Source: Eledone cirrhosa
Lineage: Eukaryota
Reading direction: 5' to 3'
DNA length: 64,000 bases
NCBI GenBank assembly: GCA_964016885.1
Contig: OZ024741.1
Coordinates: forward strand, 230,330,001-230,394,000
Below are positions 12,495-25,657 of the stretch, piece after piece (the first letter of the stretch is position 1; each line of letters starts with the position of its first letter). The notes beneath the pieces were generated by a model. The model had not been told where the DNA came from and did not search any database. It was given only the letters and a program-made list of their open reading frames with translations. The position numbers and the translations under genes are program-made.

Positions 12495-15400
12495 AATGTT
12501 ATTAGCCACACAGTGCTCACATTAAAGACAGGAATCTGTAAAATAAAATTTCTGACAGACACTAAGAAAATAAACATTTTCTTCATCAATCTAAAGACGT
12601 ATGCTCAAGACAGGCATATTCACTCGGACCAGGCTAACCACTATCACTCACTTTTCAACAAACGGTTTAAAAGGGAGCACTTCTCTCTCCACTCTGATTT
12701 TTCTCTTCAAGTGAAACCTGAAGAAGTTGAAAACAACCATTTTCCTCTTCGGTGAAGTCTAGATTGTCTTCAAGCCTTTCAAATGCGTCCACCACACGAA
12801 CCTTTTCGCCATGGCCCCAGACAGATAAAAACTGCCTGTCCTTCCCCTCTTAATAAGTCGGCGGGGCAATCTTCACAATGGACTCTGTTAATAGTCTGGT
12901 CTGTCCTACACGTGACTACAGGTGTTCGACATGAACCCACCGGTCAGAAATATTCGGAAACACGACGTGTGCGTACAGGACGATTTCGTCACCCTGCATG
13001 CACCTCAGACACGGCTGATTGACGGCACTTCCATGCCTATAGATGTTATATCGAACTGGCAAAGCTCATTGGTAGCTCTGCCAGCCTAGGAATTTCTGGA
13101 AGGTGTCCATGGGACCTGGACAGATAGTCCTCTAGAAAAAGTGACTAGTTGATTTTCGTCAAAGCCCAGTCTCCTCACGTACGCCATCGCTGTTACCCTC
13201 CACTAACCATTTATAGAACACTAAGGTGGAGCTACTACTGATCATAATGTCCGATTGGTGGAGAGCTGTGAGTGCTTGAAGACATCCCAGTCTCCAAGAG
13301 TTTACCCTTTCACAAAAATGAAAGATTAAACGTTCTAGTGCAGTCAGACGTGGGCTAGGATAAGGCACGACGGCCAGATGGTAGTAGATGGGAACGCTAT
13401 GTACGTGTCCGCCACTTCTGTCCGACCTATGAAGGATAGCTTCGTATCTGTCCATCTCTAGGTGAGAGAGGCCAACTTCCACATTAACTCTTCCCGGTAT
13501 TTGTCTGGTCCAAACAAAATCCGAGTAATTTAACCGGTCCGTCCATCCAGCGTCCGACGACACTGTTGGACGGCATGGACATGTATATCTACGTGCCGAG
13601 CTGTAGGCCCACCGACTTTTCTTGGTTGATTTTAGCTTCTGTTACTGCTTCGTACTTCTTGAGAGTGGTGACGATCATCTCAATGTGTTTGGTGTTCGAC
13701 AACACTACAGAGACGTTGTCGGCATATGCCGACACGGATCTCCAACATTCTAGTTCGCGTGGGATGCCTCTCAAAGTCTCCAATTTGTGAAGTAATGGCT
13801 CAAGAGTCAATACATACAAAATAGTCGTGACGGGATAACATAAGTGGACCAATCGCATGATGTTGAATGGTTCTGAAAGAGACCGTTCACTCTAACCACA
13901 GAACAGCTGTCACTGTGCATTGCAGCAATCTAGCCCCTAAAAACGAGTCCAAAGCCGGCTGCTTTGAGGGTGGCCGCAAAGTAGCGATGGACTACTCTTT
14001 CGAAAGCCTTTGATTGATCTAAATTGATCAGAGCCCCACCCATGCTAAGTTCATTAGCCACCATCTCATGATGTATCGCATAAGGTGTAGGTTGTCCTTG
14101 AGAGATCTGTCCAGAATCGTGCATGGTGGTGCCTCCCTTACCAGACCACCGACGACAAGCGCCAACTGCGTTGCTAATACCTTAGCCAAAATTTTAAACA
14201 CTGCGTTTAGCAGAATCTTGAGTCTGAAATTGTCTATATGGTCCACTTCGTTTGGGTCCTTTCTCAGCAGTGCTACAGCCCCTCGACTCACAGAATTCTC
14301 CCGTTCTGCTGTCAGCTAGGATGTCGCCGAACAAGTCAGGCATGTTTATGTAAAGCTTGTAGGGCAGACCATCTAAGCCAGGGGATTTACCCTTGGTGCA
14401 GCTAGCCATTGTGTCCCATATTTCCTCGGCCGTTAACGTTTTTTCGCAACAATCCACCTCCTTCACTGAGAATCGCAATAGACCATCGAGGTAGGCTTTG
14501 TAATTCATACCTCCATCCGATCCGCCACCGCTCCCGAACATTTGAGCGAAGTGTTGCTGCAAGACCTCACGCATCTACTTGGGATCAAGTAATGTGCACC
14601 CTCCGTGGTCCACCAATGATAAGATTGTGGCTTTGTTGCCACGTCTCACCACCCCACCTGGGCTCATTGAACGACTTTCATCCTAACGTGTCTTAGCTCA
14701 AAGAACGCAGCCTTCGTGCTTAACATTGAAGGATTGGTCCAAGGACAATTACACCGCGAGACGTTGGCTGTGATACCTATAGTAAGTGCCTCTTCTAGTT
14801 TTCTCTCTAGATATCCCTATACTCTAGTTTTCTCTATCGCATCAGGCTTACTAAACTTTATCGATTCTGTTCTAATAGTCCTTTTTAGGGCAAAACAACC
14901 TTCTGTTGTTGACCATTGCTGCCGTCAACGCTCGTCTAACTAATATACTGATCCAGTCTTCGTAGTATTTGCACGCCGGGAATTACGCGTTTAGCTTCCA
15001 ATAACCAGCTCCCTGTTTATGAAGCCTATCTAGATTGACCACACAAAATACAAATTTGTGATGCGTGTAATCGATAAATTTTGAACAACGCATACTAAAC
15101 TTATCTATTTCCCTACTGAATAGGCTATCTAAGTACACTCTGTATCACCCGATGCGGTTTGTCCATATCCACATTGGCATATTTGCGAAATCCAGTCGAC
15201 AATTGTCAGATAGATAGAAGCGTCTGAGCGGGTTTGCGAGGCTTTTACACCTTCCTTCTTTATCTGCTAGTCTAACTTAGTCCCAGCGTGCATCCAAGAT
15301 ACCGTTTCAATGCCCCACTAACATTAAAGAGCGGGCCGCTCCTAGAAAGTTCTTAAGACGTCTGAAGAAATCAGACCACCATGCCCCTGTCGGGAAATAG

Positions 15401-15810
15401 GCAGCCACTAGCTTAAAAGCATAGCCTTAGCTGCTGGTAACGACCAGCACCACCAACTTACCTTCTGGATCCAGGAAGATGGTTCATATCGCAATATCCA
15501 GGCTATTCCGAAACACTGCCCCCATATTCGGGATGGCTTCGAGATTCGTACATCTCGTAGCCGCCGAAGATGAGCGCAAATGTTCGTCCGTTGGAAATCC
15601 TTGTCTCACTGATGCATCTATGTTTAGGAACCTGAGGTTGTTGATAAAGTGACCCTGCTTCTAAGACAATCCCAGGCCACGTGCATTTATATTGTCATCC
15701 TTGAGTGAAACCATGTTCGATGAAGAGGAGGAAAGAGTGGGAAAGTTCACCTACCTTAGTCTTTTTGGGGAAAGACGGTTGTTCCGTCCCCCTGGTCACA
15801 TGTGGGTTCG
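12495..15810 (-). mobile_element. Tx1/L1-clade LINE, strongly decayed
   Basis: KSPGLDGLP, LDQSKAF, SAYADNV and APE remnants homologous to the 5.4-10.1 kb element. Confidence 0.82.
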
Positions 15811-15842
15811 TTTAGAAGTAACAGCAACAAAAGTAATCATAA

Positions 15843-15972
15843 TTGTTTCTACTTTTGGCACAAAGCCAGCAATTATCCCAGTGTATTACTGGTACTTTAT
15901 TTTATCGACCCCGTAAGGATGAAAGGCAAAGTTAACCTCGGCGGGATTTGAACTCAGAATGGCAAGGGCCGT
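15843..15972 (-). mobile_element. tRNA-derived SINE, partial
   Basis: Near-identical to 560-672. Confidence 0.85.
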
Positions 15973-16149
15973 GCTTTCTAATTAATGCACTTGGTCAACA
16001 GTATAAAGAAGGTAAAAGTAATGTATTTATCGATCGCAGAAGGATAAATGCTAACTTAGATGGCGACGGGATTTGAAATTAGAATGCAACGAGTAAAAAA
16101 AAAAAAAGATCGCAAAGGTATTTTATCTGATGCCCTATAAATTCTATCA

Positions 16150-16970
16150 ATATAAATTTGAGGATATAAATTGTGGGGTCGTTTTGCCTCATGGTTTAGT
16201 GATCTCAAATATAGCAACAATCATCGGTCTGTATTGTTTTGATATCTCCTTCAGTTCATCAATATCAATGTCACCTCCCGCATCATCTCGAATATTCAGT
16301 TCTTATTCATGTTGGAGTCCATCATTTTTCATACTCTCATCTCTATTTGAATCCCCATCATCCTGAGCTTCTATATCCGCCACAACCTCCTGGCTTGTCT
16401 TTTTCTTTATCATTTCAATCTCAGATAGCCATCCGTGTTTGCCTATTGTCCTTGCCTGGTAGCAAATCCTCTGTTACTTCAAAGAGCCTCATCTTCTGCC
16501 ATACTCGTAGCATTCTTTGTTGATATCCTCTGACACATCATTTTCATTCACAGGCCTGCTTCTAAAATAACACATCATAACAGCCTTGTTTACCTCCTTA
16601 CTGCACTTCATTCTAGCAGTGTCATAATGTTGACTAGGCCTGCACTGCTTAACTACGGGGCAACTACCGGGCGAGGCATCTTCATTAGCAGCTCAAGCAC
16701 CATACACGTCTTTGTGTAAATAGTGTTTTGATTCATTTCACTCATTGAGGCTAGTAATTTTAAGGTTCCACTACGACCGGTGATTTGTTTTTGAGATGCC
16801 ATCTCTAGAGGGTGACTTGAACGTCTTTAAGGGGACCTCAAACCTTAGAATTGAAGTGGGTTATCCTGCATTGGTCACCAATCCAATATTTTGTACTCCG
16901 CAGCTGGAGATTCTTACAAATTCGTGGATGGTCGTTGACTTTGCTGAATTGCTCCGCCCTTTGACTGGTT
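16150..16970 (-). mobile_element. 5' fragment of an R4/Dong-type LINE
   Basis: Minus strand reads SKEVNKAVMMCYFRS..GYQQRMLRVW..QARTI..GWLSEIE, homologous to the N-terminus at 1.9-2.1 kb; starts at an AAT run. Confidence 0.65.
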
Positions 16971-16979
16971 ATTATTATT

Positions 16980-19900
16980 GGGGTTCCCAAAAGAAACCCC
17001 ACCAACCATGGAGGTCGAAACACCCGACTTCACAAGACCTAGGGAGGTAAGTACACATTCCCTCTCTCTTTTAGCCTGCCAATCTTGCCATATTAAGAGT
17101 AGGAAGTTGAAATGTTTGCGGCCTGGGGTCACCCTGGAAGCAGGGTCGCCTGCTCAACGACCTCAGGTCTCTGGAAATGGATGTGATTGCTATCAGTGAG
17201 ACCAGTATTTCCGACACGCGCGCACTACCCCCCATTTTTGACGACTATCAGACTTTCGCATCTGTTAGCAGGCCGGGAATGAGAGGTGGGGTGGCAGTGC
17301 TGTTTAGGAAAGGACTCGATTTCGAGGTAAGGTCGATCTTCCGGGACCCGGACGGTAAGTTGGTGGTCCTGGATGAGAGCAGTAGCGAAGGTGATGCCTT
17401 TAGACTGCTGGCCCTCTACGCCCTAACTCGGGCCGCACAAACGGACTTCTTTAGGCGCGTGGAAACCTTTCTGGGTACGTCTCGCACTTTACAGTGAGGC
17501 GGAGACTGGAACGGCATCTTAGACGCACGCTGGGATTGTGTGGGAGTAGCTGATAGGAGCGGGGGTTGCAAAAGCCTCAAGTATCTAATCAGCCAGTTCC
17601 AACTGTCTGACAGGTATCGACTAGTTTCCACAATGCGCCAGTGTGGACGTCGACCAACCACATGGGTCATCTAGATCGTATATAGACAGCATCTTTATTA
17701 GGAAATTAGATGGAAATAGTGTAGGCAGCCCACTTTTTAAAACGGTGGCCTATTTAGATCACAAATTTGTGATCTGTATGGTCGACCTAGATAAAACGTG
17801 TAGGTTGGCACCAGGTTACTGGAAGCTGAACATGTCATTTCCGGCACGTAAGGCTTACAGGGACTGAGTCAACAATTTAGTTAAGCAAAACTTGACAGGG
17901 GGATCATCAACAACAGATGGTCGGGGGCTCTCAAAAGAGAGATTAGAGTAACTTCAATAGAGTTCAGCAAAGAACTAGCGTTCGAGAAAAATAGAAAGGA
18001 GGGGGAGCTGGTAGATAAGTTAAACGAGGCTATTTGTAGTGGCATTGCAACTGACGTGCTAGCGGCGTGAATGGCATTAGACTATTTCTTCAATGCGAAA
18101 CACGAGGGTTGCATTGTCAGAGCTAATGCGTGTGCGCTGAGAAACGAGAGAACCAAAGCTGTTCGATGGGCCCGCGTGGCGGAGGCGCACTGTGGTAATA
18201 ACACCACAATTCGGTCTTTGGGGGACCGAGACGGACACGAGATAAGCGATTCCAAGCGGATGTGTGAGGCCTTTCGCCAGCACTTTGCTCGGTTGTTCGG
18301 GGAGAGTGGCGGGTCAGAGATAATGGCGGATTTCAGCCCCTACCTTGACGGCTTGCCGCGCATCTCGACGGTCGACGATGAGCGCTGCGAAAGGCCGATT
18401 ACTTCAGTCGAAATTCAGGAAGCACTTGTCGGCTGCATGAGGCGCAAATCACCCGGTTTGGATGGCCTGCCCTACTAGCTTTACGTAAATATGCCAGACA
18501 TGTTCTCCGATCTCCTCGAAGCGCTCTAGATGACCCATGTGGTTGGTCGACGTCCACACTGGCGCATTGTGGAAACTAGTCGATACCTGTCAGACAGTTG
18601 GAACTGGCTGATTAGATACTTGAGGCTTTTGCAACCCCCGCTCCTATCAGCTACTCCCACACAATCCCAGCGTGCGTCTAAGATGCCGTTCTAAGTATTC
18701 CCAGTTCTGTGAGCAGGAGAGTAGTGACGCTGATAAGGAAAGACGAGAACAAGAGGGATACATTAGACAACTTCAGGCCCATAACTCTGCTTAACACAGA
18801 GTTTAAGATTTTGTCCAAGGTGTTAGCAAAGAGATTGGCGCTTGTCGTCGACGATTTGGTTGGGGAGGCGCAAACTTTCACAATCCAAGCCATTCACGAC
18901 AATCTCCACCTCATGCGATACATCATAGAGAGGGTACGGTGTAAACTTGGCTTTAGTGGAGCACTGATGAATTTTGATCAATCGAAAGCATTCGATAGGG
19001 TCGACCATCCATATCTGGAGGCTGTCCTCGAAGCGGCTGGCTTTGGCCCTGTCTTCAGAAGCTGGATAGATACAATGCACAGCGGCAATGCGACCAGTGG
19101 AACTTCCACTCTCTAATTCTATAGAGGATTAGTGGTTGGCAAGTGCGATGACGCACTCGGAGAAACTTTGGGCCTTGACGAAGTCGAACAGACCAGTCTG
19201 TTCCGGACGACTTTCAAGCCGGGGATGATGGACAATTTCCAGAAATCCCTCGCTTGGCAGTGCTACTCGGGGGCACTGCCGGTTCGGAATAAACTCTACA
19301 GGCACGGAAATGTTGTCAGACGGACCTGCCCGAGATGCGCACAGAGCGACGAAACCGTTCTGCACGCACTTGTCCAATGTCCGTGTATCATTGACTTGGG
19401 GAGTTATGTCGAACAGCTGCTGTCGCGTGTAGAACGGATCCGGCTATCGGCCGAGTCCATAGGGGAGATCGACCCGCCGCCTTCCTTTGGGGAGGAAAAG
19501 TAGGCAATTTCCTCTTTCTGGTGGCAGTTGCGAAAGAGGTTAAATGGTGGACTAGATTGAAAGGACTGAAAACAGACACTTGTCTCTTCGACCAATCCCT
19601 CATCAATTTCTTCAAATTTCACCTGGAAAGGAAGGTGAGGGTGGAGAGAGAAGTGCTTCCCCCCAGTATATTTGGTAAAAGGTGGATGAATGTGGCGAGA
19701 ATGGCTCGTGCGAATGGGCCTACTCTGACCATGCGCCTATAGGCTAGCTAACGTGAGGAGTGGGGTGCTCTCCCTGGGTGCCCCAGAAGCGCAGGGTGGT
19801 TAAGGATTGGTGGGGTACCTGAGTCACCCCTGGATCGTCCACCCCCGATAGGGGAATTTATTTATTTTGTTATATTTTTACATAGTTTATTTTATATTTG

Positions 19901-20022
19901 TATATCATCATTGTTAAATTAGTCTTGCCATTGCGCACTTTTACTCGACCTTATTGTAAACTCCCACTGTCCCTGTCTTTGTATTGACCCATACACGTCG
20001 GCCCTTGTGGCCAATAATGAAA
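16980..20022 (+). mobile_element. Tx1/L1-clade LINE with internal deletion and inverted templated insertion
   Basis: APE (DVIAISET), KSPGLDGLPY, NFRPITLLN, FDQSKAFDRVDH, then a jump near 19085 to the C-terminal CPRC..H..C region; 3' end followed by (ATT)n. Confidence 0.85.
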
Positions 20023-20044
20023 TTATTATTATTATTATTGTATA

Positions 20045-20230
20045 GGGCGGTGGATTGGCAGTAGCGGTAGAGGGTCGGATGCCATGCTTTCCAGCATAGT
20101 TATGTCCCTTTACGATCTGAGTTCAAATCCCGCCGAGGTTGACTTTGCCTTTCATCCTTACGGGGTCGATAAAATAAAGTACCAGTAATGCACTGGTAAT
20201 TGCTGGCCTTGTGCCTAAAGTAGAAACAAT
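20045..20230 (+). mobile_element. tRNA-derived SINE, full length
   Basis: GGGCGGTGGATTGGCAGTAGCGG (A box), GAGTTCAAATCC (B box), core gcctttcatccttacggggtcgataaaataaagtaccag, (ATT)n tail. Confidence 0.88.
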
Positions 20231-20240
20231 TATTATTATT

Positions 20241-23200
20241 ATTGTTCTTTGTGTCTCAATCATTGATGTTATTTAACTGGAAAGTTTGTTGAAATGAATA
20301 TCAAGCCGCTCTGCAACCTCAGATATTCAGGACGTATCGGAGAATTCTTGCTGTTCCCAGCAATCATGCCTTTTGAAGTGTTCCAAAAAGCGAGGCTGGA
20401 CTAATTTTCTTTAATCATCCTTGGCAACTCTTTGAGATAGTACCTAGTGCGTCTATGACAATCGGTACGACTCTGACTTCATGGCAGTTCCAAATCCTTT
20501 TTACCTCCCACTTTAAGTCCTGATATCGGTTAATTTTCTGCCTCTCCATTTCTTGCACTCTCGTGTCAAATGGGCAGGACACATCTACAATCAGGCACGA
20601 TCTTTTTTCCTTGTCCAAAACCACCAGGTCAGGCCTATTGTGTTCTAATGTCTTGTCAGTCTGTATCCTAAAATCCTATAGCACCTTCACCTGATCGTTT
20701 TCTATCACCGACTCTGGCTTATGCTCATACCACTTCTCAGAATGTGGTAAATTGTTAACTTTTCATAGGTGCCAGTGGATCACCCTGCCCATCACATCAT
20801 GTCTCCAGCCTGTATAGTGAGTCTGGGCTAGCTGTTTACACTCGGATACAATGTGAGCCAAAGTCTCCTTTCTCGCTCCACAGATCCTACACAGTGGGCT
20901 AGCCTCTTCCTTGTAAATATGATGTTTTACCCACTTCGTTCTGAGGGCCTGCTCTTGCACAGCCATTAGCATTCCTTCTGTAGCCTTTTTAAGGTCTCAT
21001 CTTTTTAACCAGTTCCATGTCTGTGGATCTCTGAATTTAGTTTTCTCAAAGAAGGTACTATGAAGGCGTTTTTCACGAAGGTTGCTCTTCCTCCTTGCTG
21101 TTATTTCCTCCTTGGACATCCCCTGGTCTATTGTCCTCTCCTTCAGTACTATTTTGAGGATCGGCTCCCTACTGCCAGTCACGTAATTGTGCAGGTTGTT
21201 TTTCTCCATCTGAACACAGTCCTCTGCTGATAAGACCTCTTCCACATTCAGATCTCTTTAAGTAGAGAATATCGACATCACTCCTCTTGTGGAACATGTT
21301 GTAGATAGTCAATAGCTTCCTAGTCTTCCTGTCCATTTCTTTTTGTTCAGCAACATTCCATCTCAGAATTCCCGCACTGTACCTAATGATAGACACACCT
21401 CGGGGATTCACTGCACTTATGGCATTCCTACTGTTCAGATGTGACTTTAATACGCTTCTTACTCTCCGAATGTATTCAGATCTTATCAATTCCTTCATTT
21501 ATTTGTTCTTGATGTCATCAGCCTCCAGAACACCCAAATACTTGTATCATTCTTCAGTGTCAATTTCCTTTATCATCTCACCTGTTGGTACCTGGATTCC
21601 GTTGCTACTGCTCAATTTACCCCTCTTCATCACAAGCACTCCACACCTGTTAATACCAAATTGCATACATATATCATTGCTGAAAATACGGACAGTGTCA
21701 ACAAGCACTTCCAGCTCTTTTCACTTTTCCCAAAGAGTTTAAGATCGTCCATGAAGAGGAGGTTATTGATGGTAAGCTCTCCCTTTCCCAACTTGTATCC
21801 TGCTCTCACTTTTCGCAGTATAATGGTCAGAGGCATCAGGGCAAGGACAAACAACAGAGGCGACAGACTATCTCCCTGGAAGATATCTCTCTTGATATTC
21901 ACGCCTTCCAAGGATTCTCCAGCTGATGTTAACTCTGTTTTCCAGGACTTCATACTTATGCTCAACAACTGTCTGATGTTATCTGCCACCTTGAAGATCT
22001 CTAGGCTTTTGGTGATCCAAGAATGAGGCACCATGTCAAATGCCTTTTTGTAGTCTAGCCATCCCATGGCCAGACCAGTGTGTCTCCTCTTGCAATTCCT
22101 CATTACCATCTTATCAATAAGTAACTGGTACTTTGTACCACGGGACTTCTTTCGGCATCCTTTCTGTTCGTCCGGTAACAAGTTGTTTGTGTGGAGGTGA
22201 TGGTATATTTCCTCAGACATAATGCTTGTCAACAGTTTCCACATTACGGACAGACATGTGATAGGTCTAAAGTTGGTAACATCATTACCCTTGATTCGGT
22301 CTTTCATTACCAGAACTGTGGTACCTTTTGTCAACCACTCTGGTACCTCACCTGACATCAAGCAGTCATTGAACATGGTTGTCAGTTTCGGGTGGAGGGA
22401 TGTTATAATTTTAATCCAATACCCCTGCACACCATCTGGGCCTGGTGATTTCCAGTTGGTTAGTTTTTTGGCCTGCCCCTTAAGAGTTTCATCTGTGATA
22501 CTCAAATCAGTTTGTTGGTGTGCCTGTTAACTAATCTCCTTTTGTACTGTCTCAATCCACACTGCCTGGTCATTATGTTTAACATCATGCTCCCATATTC
22601 CTCTCAAGAATGTCTTAGTTTGTTCCGCCTCAGGGATCAAGTCGTTGCCTCTTTCTTTCCCTTCAAACAGTCCAAACAACATCATCTGGTTGTAGTCAAA
22701 CATGCGGTTCTATGCTGACTGACTCTGCTCTCGTATCGCCTAATTTTTGCACTCTTTGCTACAATGCGTTGCTTCAGTTCCTCTATGATAATATTTAGCT
22801 TTTTCCTCCTAGCATTGTACTTTATTTCCCGTCTATTTTTAGTGTCTATGTTTTTTAGTGCCCCATTCAGTAGGGACTCAAGCTTTCCAATGTCATTTCT
22901 CATTTCCTTGATTTGACCATTCAGTCGTTTCTTCCACCAAGGTTCTGATCTTTCTTGTTTGTTGTTTCCTCTCGCTTTTTATGCCAAGTAATTTCCTCAC
23001 CGCATTTGCTGTTGCTTTGACGATATTGTTGCACTGGTGAAGGCTCCTCGCTTCAAGGTATGGGATGACTTTGTTTACCTTAGCTGTTGTTTCTTTTAAC
23101 TTTTTCCTCTCTACAAATCTTAGGTTCATAGGTTTCCCACTATCATTGTTCATTTCATCTATCACTAAGTTTAGGATATCAACCAAATCTTGTCCTAGCC

Positions 23201-23545
23201 CGTCAGCATTCATCTCCTCAATGGCCGTATCTTTGTTCCAGGTATTATTTATTTCAGCATTCAGAGCATTGTCTGCTTCGGATGGTTCCTCCGTTCTCTC
23301 AACCTCTTCACCTTCATTTCCCACTGGGCCGTTTGCCTGGCATACTCCACTCTCCATTTCCAACCTAATCTCTCTGCTCAGTTTCTCCAGTTCCAGCTCG
23401 CTTATCCACCCATTAGTTCTTATTACCCGAGCCTGCCCGGCCAATATTTGTTCATCTAATTTAAATAGACCAATCTCGTTCCAGATGTTATGCATCCGTT
23501 TCCTGTAGCCTTTTTCATTGGGGTTACACTTGAGGTAACATTGGT
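20241..23545 (-). mobile_element. R4/Dong-type RLE LINE, near full-length coding region, decayed
   Basis: ORF 21630-22505 is RT (SPGPDG, FQGDSLSP, LFMDDLK); CRICG..ET.AH..SEC knuckle; RLE; same family as 1.75-5.2 kb. Confidence 0.9.
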
Positions 23546-23567
23546 AGCATTATTATTAATATTATTA

Positions 23568-24878
23568 TTGTTCTTTGAGTCTCAGTCATTGATGTTAGTT
23601 AACTGGAAAGTTTGTTGAAATGAATAACAAGCCACTACCTGCAGCCTCAGATATTCAGGACGTATCGGAGGGTTCTTGCTGTTCCCAGCAAGTATGCCTT
23701 TTGAAGTGTTCCAAAAAGCGGGACGGAGCCAATTTTCTTTGATCATCCCTGGAAACCTTTTGAGATAGTACCTAGTGCACCTATGACAATCGGGATCACT
23801 TTAACTTCATGGTTCCAAATCCTTTTTACCTCCCACTTTAAGTCCTGGTATCGGTTAATTTTCTCCCTCTCCTTCTCTTGCACTCTCGTGTCGAATGGGT
23901 AGGCTACATCCACAATCAGGCACGATCTTTTTTCCTTGTCCAAAACCTCCAGGTCAGGTCTATTGTGCTCCAGTTTCTTGTCCGTCGGTATCCTAAAATC
24001 GCACAGCACCTTCACCTGATCGTTTTCTATCACCGACTCTGGCTTATGCTCATACCACTTCTCAGAATGTGGTAAATTGTTTACTTTGCATAGGTGCCAG
24101 TGGATCACCCTACCCATCACATCATGTCTCCAGCCTTTATAATGAGTCTCGGCTAGCTGTGTACACTCGGATACAATGTGAGCTACAGTCTCCTCACTCA
24201 CTCCACAGATCCTGCACAGTGAGCTAGCCTCTTCCTTGTAAATATGGTGTTGCAACCACTTCGTTTTGAAGGCTTGCTCTTGCGCAGCCATTAACATTCC
24301 TTCTGTAGCCCTTTTAAGGTCTCCTCTTTTCAACCAGTTCCATGTCTGTGGATCTCTGATTTCAGTTTTCTCAAAGAAGGTACTATGAAGGGATTTTTCA
24401 TGAAGGCTGCTCTTTGTCCTTGTTATTTCCTCCTTGGACATCCCCTGGTCTATTGTCCTCTCCTTCAGTACACTTCTGAGCATTGGCTCCTTACTATCAG
24501 TCACGTATTTGTGTAGATTGTTTTTCTCCATCTGAACACAGTCCTCTATGCTGATAAGTCCTCTTCCATCTTCAGATCTCCTTAAGTAGAGTCTATCGAC
24601 ATCACTCCTCTGGTGGAACATGTTGTAGATAGTCAATAGCTTCCTAGTCTTCCTATACATTTCTTTTGTTCAGAAACATTCCATCTCAGAATTCCCGCAC
24701 TGTACCTAATAAGAGACACAGCTCGGGAATTTACTGCACTTATGGCATTCCTACTGTTCAGATGTGATTTTAATACGGTCCTTACTCTCCGAATGTATTT
24801 AGAACTTATCAATTCCTTCATTCTTATGTTCTTGATGTCATCAGCCTCCAGAACACCCAAATACCTGTATCATTCTTC
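23568..24878 (-). mobile_element. 3' part of R4/Dong-type RLE LINE
   Basis: ORF 23743-24660 with CCHC knuckle, RHD and RPD..D..K; truncated at a (TA)n tract. Confidence 0.88.
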
Positions 24879-25582
<704 letters not shown>

Positions 25583-25657
25583 ACTCTTTTACTCTTTTAC
25601 CTGTTTCAGCCATCCGGCTGAGGCCATGCTGGGGCACCGCCCTTGTTGCTACACATT

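Noticed and set aside
20045-20135. tRNA gene
   Set aside because: A and B boxes are present but no cloverleaf is evident; it is the head of a multi-copy SINE
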